Positions 22,006 through 34,183 of a DNA stretch of 63,313 bases are shown here, in pieces. The stretch is from Trypethelium eluteriae. Its lineage: Eukaryota. Location of the stretch: the NCBI GenBank assembly GCA_051942245.1, contig JAVECL010000068.1, positions 1 through 63,313 of the forward strand, written 5' to 3'. Position 1 is the first letter of the stretch. The number at the start of each line of letters is the position of its first letter. Made by a program: the position numbers and the translations under genes. The notes beneath the pieces were generated by a model. That model worked only from the letters and a program-made list of their open reading frames with translations, did not search any database and was not told where the DNA came from.

Positions 22006-23899
22006 TTATCCATGCTTTGAGGTCAAGTCAACAGCAGCCGACTTTCTTCTTTTGGTTGAACTGTCATCATAGTAATCTTCTCCATCCGATTTCCTTTTTC
22101 GCTTGGGCGTCTGTAAGCTGTGAGAACGTACCATCCTCTCCGGATGGTAGGCGCCCCTCGACCTGCTTCTCCCAGAAGAGTGGGATCGGCCGTTGGAGGA
22201 GTCCTTGTCCCTGCGTACAACTGACGCAGACCTCGTAAGGCGGTCAGTCGACCCGTCAGTTCTCGCTCTTGTTCCACGATATGCCTGCTCCTCGAAAGGT
22301 AGCTTTTTGGAGAACGCATCCTGCTTCTCATGGCAATGTGTCTTTGTCTTTCTCTTGCACCGAGCTTGATTTTGAGCCCATGTTATCCATCGCATGTAGC
22401 CATGTTTGACACCATGCGAAAAAAGGGTAGAAGTTTTATGGCTATGTATAAATGTACGGGTGAAAGCTGCGGCAATGACATCCTCAACCTCAGGAGAGCA
22501 GGGCTGAATAACGCAGCCGTTGGCCAGGTCTGAGATGAAATGGCTAAGAAGCGCATTTTTCGAAGACATGTTGAAACCACAGGTCCGAGCAATGAGTGCT
22601 AGCCCGGAGGCAACATTTTCATCACATTTTATAGGTGTTTTCACTAGTTCTTTGAGGATCGTTCTCACCGATGACCGCTGCTGCCAGGAATTGACCCGCA
22701 ATACAGTTCGCACGCCAGCATTTTCGTCCGCCAGGGTGAGCAGACTGGCCAGGGATACTGTATGTAGGATTGGATTTTCCCCACGGGTTGCTGTACCTAG
22801 CGGTCCCCAGTGAAACCATTCTGCCCACGCGGTATATTTCATTGTCTCAGCATTCGCAAGACCGCGCTTCCGCACTTCCCAGCAGATAGGAGCTGCGTAC
22901 AGGAATGCTAAACGCGCAGGATCTGGGTCAACGATGGTAATCTGTGGCTCGCTGCTAGGGTCGGATATCATTTTTCGAATTGCTATTTGACTATAGGTTC
23001 GTTGCATTAGCATAGCCCTCACACTGTCTAAGTGGAACTCACAACACCATGATGAAAGTTCTTGAGAATGAGATAAAGGGCGAAGGTTTGTCTGCGCGAT
23101 TGAAATGTCCCGCTGCATGCTCGAGAAATCTGAGATCCCATTTAGATCTCTCTGGAGGGAGTCCAGTAACAGAAAGGCCCGGACGAAATTCTGCGTCCGA
23201 GTTGGAACCACCACTGCGCTCATTCCATGCCCGATATAATAATTTGGGCAACTGAGGCTCTCTGTTATGAGAGAACTGTGCAGAACTGAAGGCAGGCGAA
23301 ATCTGTATATGACTCTCGAAAGGCTCATCGAGGGGTTCCTCGTCGCTGATCGAGAGACTTTCGAAGTCATCTCGGGTTGACGGTTCAGATTCTGAAGGTG
23401 TGCAGAGATTTGGAGGGTCATCTCGAAGATCACCACAACTTCTATGAACAGACGGGGTTGTTGGAATTGACCGGCGAGGATCTCGTGCTCTGTCACAAAA
23501 GCTTTCTGATATCGATTGTGGAGTTACTGAGGGGTTATAAATGTAATTAGGCTCCGAATGGTTCCGAAGAGCAACGTTCATGGGGAGATGATCCGTGAAT
23601 ATACAAGTCTTGCTAGAACTATCCGGTGGTGTGATTGGTCCTTCAGGACACTTTTTGTTGCTCCGCTTGTTTGATGAGGAACTTGGCGGCAGCCCAAGCC
23701 CAGTCCAGGCAAAGGACTCGTCCGTGTTTGGCGCTAATCGTGGGTCGAAAGCTGCTGAAATTGAGCTAGGAAAAGAAGGTTGTGGCTCGTCAAGGTTCAT
23801 TGGAGACTCATCCGACAACAGTCTTGACGCAGTCATCAACCGCTCCAAAACATCATCGTCGTGTTCCTTTTCAGTTCCGGACAATTCGTGAGCAGTCAT
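22006..23899 (-). CDS. Hypothetical protein with an ADP-ribosyltransferase-like (DUF7587-like) domain, ~613 aa
   Basis: Intron 23042..22991 (GTGAGT...CTAAT...TAG) joins two ORFs in frame. Motifs PKLLYRAW, SPFISFS and AWAEWFHWGP. Basic, NLS-like C-terminal tail. Confidence 0.7.
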
Positions 23900-24998
23900 A
23901 CTTATCATGCACAATCTTTGAGAGTGAAATCAGTCAGAGAGCGATTCCGGGCTGGTCCCAGAAACATGGGAAGGAGAGGGCACGGATTTCGAAGAGACAT
24001 GAGAAAAGGGCCTCAGCATGCACTGTGACTCATGCATACTATATTCACCTGTGGTGGCTAGGTGAAGTAAAGTTCAAGCCTGCATATCAACTTCAAAGCA
24101 TTGCGATCGAACAGAAGTGAAGAAAGCTACACGACACCAATCGAGAGTGATTAACAGTAGATGGCTGACGGCCAGATTTAGTGATATAGATGCTGCATCA
24201 AGTGTTGGAATAGGATTTTGCATAGGAACAGAGCTTAATTTTGTGTGAGACGAAATTGAAGATTCGTTCTATCTGAGTTACAAGCAAGGTATTGGTCGGT
24301 TACTCTTCATCTGCCACAAGAAGTTCTTTACTGCGCATGGAGTAAGTTTGGAATCCATTGAACCTCTTCTCCCTCATACCTGTTCAGCGAGTTGATCGAC
24401 CAGGCACGGTCATGAGCTCGGGCTTTGAGGCAGATCCATAGAAGCCGTTATCATCTGGGTTATTGGCTCGGCGAGACAGTTACGAGTCAAAGCGGCAATT
24501 GTCCCTGACTCAGCTCAGATCATTAATTGCATGTCGTTACCAGGGAATCAGATTGGAGGTCTTTGAATTGACTCAACCAGGCGCTTCACGATGAGCCAAT
24601 TCTTTGACACGCAAATGGTTGATGAAGACGGGTCCGCCATGGTGGTCGGAAGTTGCTAGAGCAATGGCAGACATAGGCATAGCACCCAGAGAACTTCTAG
24701 CTCTAGTCTAAAGTAGTAAAGTATCCAGGCATATTGAAATTGAGTCTTGTTGCCCGACCGGCTCTGAGGACCGCTGGTATCAAGGGAGAGGGGAGAAATC
24801 GTTGTCGTTCGTTGTTAGTGTCCCATCCCATCCCGCCCGCGGCCTCTACGGTACCTCTAGCGCCGATTTCTGCCGGCTCACACTGAAAAGTTGCGGGCAG
24901 AAATTCTTCTTATCCAGATTCATCATGGCCGCCCCCCGTCCCTCAATCGCCACGAGCTTCATGCTCTGAGCGGTTCCTCGTCTCTAGACCTCAACTCG

Positions 24999-27839
24999 AT
25001 GGACATCCATCGTTCGCGATTTGTACCATATCCACCTGCCGCCATTACTACGCTTGCCTTCTCCCACGTTACCAGCACGAATAGAGGGTTAGGAAACGAC
25101 GTACGGCTTGCAGTCGGCCGAGCAAACGGCGATATAGAAATATGGAACCCCCTGCGAGGAGACTGGGTGCAGGAGAACATTTTCCGTGGAGGTAGGTCCC
25201 GAACCGTAGACGGACTGGCATGGATACAGGAGCCCGATGAAACTGTGGCGGGCAAAGTCATTGAGGGAAGGCTCCGCCTTTTCAGCATCGGATATTCTCA
25301 CAGCATTACGGAATGGGATCTTCATTCCGGCGTACCATTGCGAGATGCAAGCGGAGGAGGTAGCGCCATCTGGTGTATGGCCTCGCAACCACGGATGAAC
25401 AAAACTACAGTCAGGAAAGAAGGACCAGATCAGGATCAGGATCAGAATCAACCTTTTCGCGGCCAGAATCTTGTCGCTGGATGTGCCGATGGATCTCTCA
25501 TTTTGTTCTCTACCGCCGATGACGACCTGCGATTCGCACGCTACATCACCCGCGCACCAACCAAAAAGGCACAGGCTCTGTGCATTACGTTTCAGGACAG
25601 GAATAAGATTGTTGCTGGCTACGCAAACAGTTTTATGCGAGTATACGATATTCGCAATGGACGGTTGATCCGCAATATTACTTTAGGTGCAGGCCTTCCG
25701 GGTGGACCAAAAGAGACACTTGTCTGGCAGGTGAAATGCCTGACCGGAGGCGACATTGTTTCGGGCAATTCCAATGGCGAAATACAGATCTGGGATGGCA
25801 AAACCTATTCTCAGCGCCAAAGAATCGTGGGTCACAAGTCGGACATTCTTGCGCTGGCAACTGCTTCTGACGGCAAGACCATCTTCAGCGGTGGTACGGA
25901 TATGCGGACTGTCATCTACAAGCAAGATACACAGAATCGATGGACTAGGGCATACAATGAGAAGATCCATGAGCACGAGGTCAAGGCATTCGCAACTTTC
26001 CAAGATCGGAAAATAGACGTCGTCGTATCAGGAGGAATCGACGCATCTCCCATTGTCATGCCGATTAAACACTTTGGGAGTGAAAATCGCCGAACGCTAC
26101 CTAGACTGCCACAACACTCTCCCGTCATGAGTGCCCCATCTCAACGTTTGCTTGCAACATGGTGGAACCGCGACGTACTCATCTGGCGCGTCGGCTCAGG
26201 TCAAAGTCATGAGAGACCGACAAAGAACTGGAAGCTCATATCACGTCTGGTCATGAAAAGCGAGGAGAACATATCATCGGCGTCGCTATCCAGTGACGGC
26301 AGAATTCTGGCTGTTTCAACCGTTGCCGAAGTCAAGCTTTTCCACTTATACCCCGCGGCTGGCGGCAGCCGATTTCTTCGTGTGCGAAAGATTCGAGTTC
26401 CAGAGCGACTACAAAAAGGAGCGCGCCTTGTGCAGTTTTCCCCCAACGGCAACTGGGTAGCGGTAGTCAGCAATGCAAGCGACGTGACCGTTGCTCGGAT
26501 CATACTCGAAGGCAGCGGTTCTGACGAAGTCGTCACGATATTATCAGAGATTGTTCCTTTGCGCCGCACGTTGAAGTCACTGCAAACTCAGGATGGCCTG
26601 AATGGAACTTGGGGAAGCTACAATCGTACCCTCAACCGGTTAGCATTCTCCAGCGACAGCAGCGTCTTGGTCGTCAACGACCTTGGTGGTTCCTTTGATT
26701 CCTGGATCCTCGAAGGACATGAAGATTTAACTGCAGCTTCCATTGACAAGGTCACCTCCAATGGTGCATCTCACTCCACCTCACCCTCAGACTCTGGCTC
26801 TGATAATGAGAGCGATGGTGATGAAGATCCGCATCCGATAGTAATATATGGTCAACACTGGACCCGTAATCCCAACAACCGCTTGCTACCCGCCCTTGAC
26901 TCTGTACCTCTTGTCCTATCATTTAGACCATCGACTCAACCCATACGAGTTTTGACAAATGGCAATCCCGCTGTACATCCTACAAGGCACAATCCCCACG
27001 CACATTCAAATCAAAAGCCTAGCGGTGAACACCGTCTGTTGGTCGTGACAGCCAAACATCAAGTTTTCGAATTCGACGTCCTGAAGGGTCAGCTCACGGA
27101 TTGGAGTCGACGAAATCCAACTGCTAGTTTTCCCGTGAGATGGAGATCCGTCATGGACAGAACCATTGGATGTGTCTGGGATATTTCTTCGGAGCCACGG
27201 CGGGAACGACTCTGGATGTACGGAAATAGTTGGTTTTGCATGTTCGACTTGAGTCAAGACTTTGATTCGCCGCCTAAGGATAGCGGAGGCTTTGATAGCG
27301 AGTCTCAGACTGTCGTTGCATCAGGGGTGCAAAACCAGGAGAGCAAAAAGCGCAAGCGTGCTGAAGACATCTTGCTTGAGAAGAGGAGCGGAGGGGGTGG
27401 ACCAGTTAGGGATAAGGATAGGGAGAATGTTGGGTTTGGCCAGGATATAAGGACGACTGTTGGTACCGGCAGGGACGCTTCCGAAGGCCCTCCAAATAGC
27501 AAACTGAAGAGAGCAGAACTAGAGGTACAGGGACGGGAACAAGATCGAAATCATGATCAGGACATAGATGAAGACGAGGGCATCGAGCTGCCAAGGGTCC
27601 AGAGGCCTGGCAACGGTGATGTCGACACAAATGGACTTCTCGTGAAGACCGACCAAGGTAGTGGACGAGACAAGCGCATACCAGACTGCTGGATAGCTTT
27701 CAAGTACAGGTCGATACTAGGGGTAGTGCCTATAGGCGAGGAAGACGTTGACCAGCCACCGGAAGTAGTGTTAGTGGAACGGCCCTTCTGGGATTTGGAT
27801 CTACCTCCTAGATTTGCGGGCCCTCATGATCGGGATTAA
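24999..27839 (+). CDS. UTP4: U3 snoRNP WD40 protein Utp4
   Basis: MDIHRSRFVPY start, RLAVGRANGDIEIWNP, RLFSIG, WD repeats and C-terminal YRSILG...EVVLVERP. Confidence 0.9.
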   Translation: MDIHRSRFVPYPPAAITTLAFSHVTSTNRGLGNDVRLAVGRANGDIEIWNPLRGDWVQENIFRGGRSRTVDGLAWIQEPDETVAGKVIEGRLRLFSIGYSHSITEWDLHSGVPLRDASGGGSAIWCMASQPRMNKTTVRKEGPDQDQDQNQPFRGQNLVAGCADGSLILFSTADDDLRFARYITRAPTKKAQALCITFQDRNKIVAGYANSFMRVYDIRNGRLIRNITLGAGLPGGPKETLVWQVKCLTGGDIVSGNSNGEIQIWDGKTYSQRQRIVGHKSDILALATASDGKTIFSGGTDMRTVIYKQDTQNRWTRAYNEKIHEHEVKAFATFQDRKIDVVVSGGIDASPIVMPIKHFGSENRRTLPRLPQHSPVMSAPSQRLLATWWNRDVLIWRVGSGQSHERPTKNWKLISRLVMKSEENISSASLSSDGRILAVSTVAEVKLFHLYPAAGGSRFLRVRKIRVPERLQKGARLVQFSPNGNWVAVVSNASDVTVARIILEGSGSDEVVTILSEIVPLRRTLKSLQTQDGLNGTWGSYNRTLNRLAFSSDSSVLVVNDLGGSFDSWILEGHEDLTAASIDKVTSNGASHSTSPSDSGSDNESDGDEDPHPIVIYGQHWTRNPNNRLLPALDSVPLVLSFRPSTQPIRVLTNGNPAVHPTRHNPHAHSNQKPSGEHRLLVVTAKHQVFEFDVLKGQLTDWSRRNPTASFPVRWRSVMDRTIGCVWDISSEPRRERLWMYGNSWFCMFDLSQDFDSPPKDSGGFDSESQTVVASGVQNQESKKRKRAEDILLEKRSGGGGPVRDKDRENVGFGQDIRTTVGTGRDASEGPPNSKLKRAELEVQGREQDRNHDQDIDEDEGIELPRVQRPGNGDVDTNGLLVKTDQGSGRDKRIPDCWIAFKYRSILGVVPIGEEDVDQPPEVVLVERPFWDLDLPPRFAGPHDRD

Positions 27840-28980
27840 TAGAATCCTCGACTATAATAAAGCTATTTCGTGTCAGACTTTGCCCATATAACCAAATTTA
27901 TATTCAAATACAGGCCAGCACGTCCTTCTTGAGAATGGATCACTACTTAGACAGGCAGCGGCTCAAAAGCATCAAGGAAGCGAAGCCCACAGTACTACTT
28001 TTAACAGCTAAATGCCGAGCTCATTCTACTCAATGAATACAATGGATAGGGGTTGAGCTACAGGGTGTGAAAGTTGTAATTGAAACATTTCAATTCTTCA
28101 TAGCTAGCACTTTACACAACTTTCAGTGCGCAAGCCCATCATCTCCAGTGAAAATGACCCGCACCCAAATGCATACCGCGTACCATCAAGATCTTAGTAT
28201 CCAGTCGCACGCCAACCATGCTCCCGTGAATGACAAAGAAAAATCACCCTCATTGCCATGTGGATGGGAGCAACTAACGCCAGCCAAGGCGTAAGATTAC
28301 AGATCATGCAAGAAATCGGCAAAAAACAACAATCATCCCAGACAGATGGGAACCCACTCAAGACCGCTGATGCGCCATAGCTTTAACGAGACCATGGGGT
28401 TTAAACAATAGCCAGCGTTCAGAACAAAGGTAGAGAATAGGAGATAAAATAGCAAGCAGTCAAATAATCAAGGTGCATGCGCTGAACCCAATGGCATGAA
28501 AGGTAGATGAGTGGACTAAAGGTGTCCAGAACTGCGGTGGACCCAATTGTAATAATAGCAAAAGGCTGCCGCTTTGTAACATCGGATCGGCAGCTCCTAC
28601 ATTCATGAAGAAGGCAAAGGCGTAAAGGTAAGGTAACGATCTAACGAGACCGAGCAGTGGCTAGGAAGGTGCCAAGGAGGTAAGTGAGGAGGTGGAGTTC
28701 CGATAGTGAACCTGCAGGTTGACAAAGCACCTTGACTCGATGAGAGCGCAGTGAAGGGGGGCGCAGGTAAACGTCCGGCGCACGCCAACCTCGTGCAGCA
28801 AGTCTCCGAATCTAGCGTGCAGTGGAAGTTGTCTCTCTGCTGCAGGTTGCTCCGTGTTTTCCATCTCACTATGGGAGAAGGAGTTCCAGAGGCGGCCAGA
28901 TTATGAAGTCCTCGTCTGGAAAAAAAAAGCCAACACTCAATGGTAAGAATAGAAAGACTTATGCCATGTGGCTAAATAGG

Positions 28981-30402
28981 TCATCTTCCTTCCTGATCGC
29001 GGCGGGGGTTGTGAGGGTTGTGAGGGTTTTGGCGATTTCCCTGGCCAGGCGCACGCACATACTGCGTTTCACCGGTTTGTCTCGCCTCCTCTGCCTTTTG
29101 CGCATCTGGATCAGACCACTGAGCGCCGTCCGCACGCGCACCAGGCATGAGTTTGCAGATTTCTGCGGCAATGGCCATGACGACATAAGCCTGGAGTTCT
29201 TTTCGCTCGCGGATGTCTTCGCCCTCAAGGCGGAACTTTTCTTGCTTAGGCATGTCTCGTCGACGGATGCTGCGAATCTCGTTCAAGATGTGGAGAAGAC
29301 AGGGCTCTGGCGTTCGGGCACGTTCCTTGCCATACTTGGCGGGGTTGCGGCAGTAGCGACGGGTCACGTCCATGGCCCCGTCGGCTGAGAAAGCGATGCA
29401 ATAACCAAGTTTCCGTCGCCAGCCTGATGATGATGATGAATCGTTAGTCAAGATGGTGACATAATGGTAGGAGTTGTATAAGTGCTTACCTTCCGCGTAT
29501 AGCCGCGGTCGGTCCCAGACGCCCTCACAGACATCCGCGTGAACCCACCGCTTGGCATGGGCAGAGTAGACTTCGAGCCAGACGTGATCTTCCGAATTCC
29601 ATACCCATCGCACTCGCGCGTTCATTGCCCGACAAAGCATGCCGAAGCAGCTGACCCATTCCCCAACTCGTCCACGGCGGGTTTGTAGGAGCACGAATGC
29701 ATCACTGTACCTAGGAAATCGAGCGAATGCGCCACACTCTGGTTGCGAGCATCGATACAGCTCGACTCGTGTCGCACCTCGTGCAGCCTCGTCGTCAGTG
29801 GCAGCGGTGGTGCCAACGCTGATGGTTGGGCAAAAGCAGGCGTCGCATTGAGGATTGTTGACCCAGGTGAAAAAGGATTGTTTGAACCACTTCATGAGTG
29901 CCTTGATAGCGCAATCTTGATAGCCCCATTCAGGCTTCTTGCCCAAGCTCTCTGCCTCAGCCTGCAGAATCATGCTCTCCTCTTCAGCCTCTGTTTGTAT
30001 CCGATCAATTGGGACCATCCGGAGGGCCTCATCCAACAGCCCGGGGTTCTCCCAACTTAAAGGTGTAGCAGAGAGGGAGAGGAGCATATTTCGAAAGCGG
30101 ATGGATCGCGCATCGGTTGGAGGAGATGGGATCATGGGAAGATTTCGGAGGGATGAATATGATGGTGGCGCTTGATCCTGCAATATTGGCTCTTCTCTTG
30201 CGTACGGCGGTGCCATGGAGTGGTAGTGATGCGAATGAGGGGGCGGCGAAGTTGTTCGTCGCTGGGAAGAGCGTCGGCTCAATTCCGTCATACGGCTTCT
30301 GCTTAGCAATTGACGATATTGTTCTGTCAAGTCTTTGGCCCATCTCTCGACTTCTTCCGCTCTTGTCGAGTGACTCCATCGCGGGCGATGGGCGTCGGCC
30401 AT
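28981..30402 (-). CDS. PNG1: Peptide:N-glycanase PNG1 homolog with the catalytic Cys replaced by Val
   Basis: WFKQSFFTWVNNP, CxxC Zn sites, RFPRY, TRRGRVGEW, WNSEDHVW, RWVHADVCE and DVTRRY. A 66-nt intron (29489..29424) lies inside the ORF. Confidence 0.92.
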   Translation of the reverse strand: MADAHRPRWSHSTRAEEVERWAKDLTEQYRQLLSRSRMTELSRRSSQRRTTSPPPHSHHYHSMAPPYAREEPILQDQAPPSYSSLRNLPMIPSPPTDARSIRFRNMLLSLSATPLSWENPGLLDEALRMVPIDRIQTEAEEESMILQAEAESLGKKPEWGYQDCAIKALMKWFKQSFFTWVNNPQCDACFCPTISVGTTAATDDEAARGATRVELYRCSQPECGAFARFPRYSDAFVLLQTRRGRVGEWVSCFGMLCRAMNARVRWVWNSEDHVWLEVYSAHAKRWVHADVCEGVWDRPRLYAEGKHLYNSYHYVTILTNDSSSSSGWRRKLGYCIAFSADGAMDVTRRYCRNPAKYGKERARTPEPCLLHILNEIRSIRRRDMPKQEKFRLEGEDIRERKELQAYVVMAIAAEICKLMPGARADGAQWSDPDAQKAEEARQTGETQYVRAPGQGNRQNPHNPHNPRRDQEGR

Positions 30403-33068
30403 GGTGGAGAATGCGTTACCCCTCTGTGACTTATCCGGCTGTCAGTTAAGGAGGCCAACGCCGAGTGAAAAACCGCCGAGACCAGCCAGGAAGTTCAATC
30501 CAAGAGAGTGGACAGGTACAGGGAAAGGGTTTGTTGAAGAAGAGAGTGGTTCGAAGCGAAATGTGTAGGTAGAAGAGCGAGATGCGCAGCAGCGACACAG
30601 CCCGGGCCCGTGTGACAGGGGAGTACGCAAGCACGCCACGGCGATCCGGAGTGGAGGAAGTGGACGGACGAGTCGCGCACTCAACGGTCGGCGACGGCCA
30701 GATCAACGACGACGGCAACGAGGACGACAACGAGGAGGGCGACGAAAAGCAGAGTCGCGATGGTATAAGAGGAGAGGTATAGAGAGAGTGGGGAGTTGAG
30801 GAGAATTACGGAGTAGGGTGCTAGGAAATAATGCGTACGAAGCTGATGCACACGTCTCGCTGCGGGCGTGGGCAGGCGTCGTAAGCTCACGGACGGGTTG
30901 ACGAACGCACTGTCAGCCGCGCCAATCATCGACCACTCCCCCGACGATGCCCTCTCCCAAGTTGTCCCAAGTCTCAAGACAAGAGATCCTCCTCTCCTTC
31001 CACCAGCACGCAAATTTCCAAATTCCGCCCTGCACCGTGACTGGCCGCGTCAACGCGCACACAGGAGAGAGGCCGTCGCTCTCCATCACCCGCAAAAATC
31101 ATCTGTCTTCGGCTGACTGCCTTTTAACCAGTATTACTTAGCGCGAACCGCGTCTGGACAGCGATTGCGCGTCAAAAGAGCCTCGTCATCCAGCCTAGAC
31201 TTGAGTCTGGCTGACCACACCTGATTATTTAGATGACCCGTTTGCCATCCAATCTATCACGCTCTCGCTCTCGCTCAACTGTTGCGTGTCTTGATCTCGC
31301 CCAATTTCGGCACCATCACAGTGAGACAAATCCATTCGCTTGCTGAACTCTCACTTCCTTTCGCAGCACGCGTCGTCATGGCCGCGGGAAGTCTCTCGTC
31401 CAGGGCTGGGATAAAGGCTTTCTTGCCCTACCCTTTTGCGAGATGGCCATTTACTTGCGCACTATGACCGATCTGTCAATTTTGTGTTTGGCATTGTGCT
31501 CGAGGAATCCATTAGGTACTGTATTCGTATGTGAACCTGAAGGTTTGCATGCTTGCCATGCTTTCGTCCTGCCGCCTGCCGCTTGCCGTTTGCCGTATCA
31601 GGTTCAGGGTAATTAGCGTGCCTTCGCAGTGCCGCGTCACGACTTGCCAACACCTGCACCTCAATACCTACCTCCCGGCTATCGGCGAATCTTCGTCGAC
31701 ACCACCAATACCCTGCCACCAGAATATTTGCATTGTATCTGGATATGTTACGTTCCTCCTGTACCATCATTTATGACCTTACAGTACCACAATAATGAAT
31801 GACTTCATCAAGCGGTATCTCTATCTACACGAACCTGTCTAGTGCTGTGACTCTGGAAGAACACGTAACCTCTTTCATAAAACGCCTGTATCCTCCGTAG
31901 ATTTTCGGATCAGATCAGCTTTAAGCCCACGAAACTCTGCCCTAAATCGTTCTCATACGTACTGAAAATTCGCCAGTGATGAGGTGAGCCGCTCTTACCT
32001 TTCTCTCTAAGGTACTCCACTATCTCAAACGATCAAGTAGATCCTGGCCACTGAACCAGATGGCTGTACCTGTTTCGGACCACCCTTGACGGAACACTAT
32101 GATTCCGGAAACCAGTTGTTTATACGCCAGAATTCCGTGACCACACTACTTCTCCATCCTACTTGGCTGGGGTCCCGGTTGAGAAACATCTGGACAGGCT
32201 CTGCTGACGTACGGAAGCATTCCTTCCCGTCCGTTAATTCACCTGTAAGGCAGCTCAGGAAGTTGACGCAGTCAAATTTCTAAGCTCGAGCTCAGGATGG
32301 GGACTGACGGTGACTACAATGGCTTGATTGCAGCTGATTGGTGTTGTCTCGGGCATTTCAGCCCAAGCGGCGTTCGACTTGTGTTTTCTACAATGCTGTA
32401 TGCATCTTCAAGAGGCACTCCGCAGGTAACTAAGGCTCTTGCCGGATATAGTCAAGGGGCAAAGCTAATTAGTGCGTGAGGGCCTGGCTAAATTTAGACC
32501 AAGACTGCTTCTAAGGTGCCAGCCTATGGCCATTTCCCCTGCGTTCGGGTGGCTTGGACCCGTGTTTATACTTACAATCAAAGATCTCACCCGAACGTGC
32601 TTGTTTCTGTCGTCGCGTAGGCCACCGGTGCCATAGTCTGTTTGGCCTTACTGCTTTAATATTGGCAGACTCAGTGTTAGAAGCATCCGTACCCACATCT
32701 ACTTCTAGCCAGAGGGTCAGAGGTGCGTGCCACATGGCATTTGCGGCTGTGTTGCTCGGAACCCTGGCAGTGCCGCAGCCATACGTCAGACTCGGCGTGG
32801 ACGGCTGCTTTTTCCTGAGCTGCGGTCATCAGCCATCCCGAGACCACCCAAGCCTTCTTCGTAGAATAAAACACGCGGGACAGTCCTGCAGAGTTGCTTA
32901 AATCTACCTATTCTCCCCGCCACATCGTCGGCCACGAAGTATCATTCCCAACTTCGTGACAGCGAAGCAATCACACTCGTTTGACTACACGCCAGCATAC
33001 GATCCACGGCTCGTTGATCTCATCTCTGCCACGTCGCAATCTTAATTCTTCTCTGACATCTTGCAACG

Positions 33069-34183
33069 ATGGCCAAAGGGAGCAGACTAGTCTTCATCCT
33101 TGTGCCGCTTGGCCTCACGGTGGCCACTCTCGTCTGCCTTGCTCTAGTCTGGGGTGCTGGGTTAAGGACGAGCGCGCTGCAATCATTCTATTTTATCAAG
33201 GTAATGACCCAGACTTTGACTGCACGCTGTTATCGTATTCACATCCGAGTATGCTCACATTCGCCTCAGGCTGACACGTCGAAATTAAATGCGGACCCGA
33301 CATCGAACCAGGCCGTGACCGATTTGTTCCTCAAATTCCTTGATAGCGCTCGCACATCCAACTTATTAGCGGACTACTATCAGGTGGATCTCTCCAGTTA
33401 TTGTACTGGGAAAGAAGGCAAAAGCATCGATTTCTGCTCGAAGCCAGTCGCCAACTTTTGGTTTAATCCTGTTGATGTCTGGGGTCTGCAGAGTTCAGGG
33501 CTTGAGGATCTGTTTCCAAAGCAGCTGCAAGATGGCCTTCATACCTACCAGTCGGTAGCACACTGGATGTATGTTGCGTACGTGATCGCATTTTGGTCGA
33601 CGGTAGCTGAGGCGGTCATTGGTCTTTTCGCAACCTGCTCCCGTCTCATCTCACTCATCACCTCTCTAGTAGCCGGCGTAAGTTTTCACCCTTCCGACCT
33701 TGTGTATCTAGCGCTCTAAAGGTTGACTGATTCAAACAACAGGTCGCATCTATCTTCGTTTTTGCTGCTTCTCTCACTGCCACCATCCTCTACAGCGTTC
33801 TGCTTGGTACCTTCAATGACGTCCTTAAACCTTATAATATCCATGCCAACCTTGGAAAGCCCATGTTCGCTACCACTTGGCTCGCAGTTGTCTTTTCCCT
33901 CGCTGCTGGCTTCTTCTGGCTATTCTCTATCTGCTGCTGCAGTCCGCATTCATACAATCGGAAGGACAAGAGCGCTTCCAAGAGCAGCAGTGGTGGTCGC
34001 TGGGCTGGGCTACGCGGAAGGGGAAGAATGGGGACCGGATTGATGGCGGAGCGGACTCCATACACATACGAGCGAGTGGAGAGCCCGTTTATGGGAGAGA
34101 GACAGCCGATGGCGGCGGGTCATGAGATGACGGACATGACCGCAGGGAGTCATACTGGATACGAGCCCTACAGGCACGCCTAA
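33069..34183 (+). CDS. SUR7/PalI family tetraspan membrane protein, 3 exons
   Basis: N-terminal TM, YYQVDLSSYCTG...FCSKP...FWFNPVDVW loop, three further TMs and a CCC palmitoylation-like site. Introns 33201..33269 and 33678..33742. Confidence 0.85.

Noticed and set aside
23043..23496. Second open frame overlapping the ART-like gene (dual coding)
   Set aside because: Intron 23042..22991 explains the frame switch. The overlapping upstream translation starts at a non-ATG codon and has no motifs.
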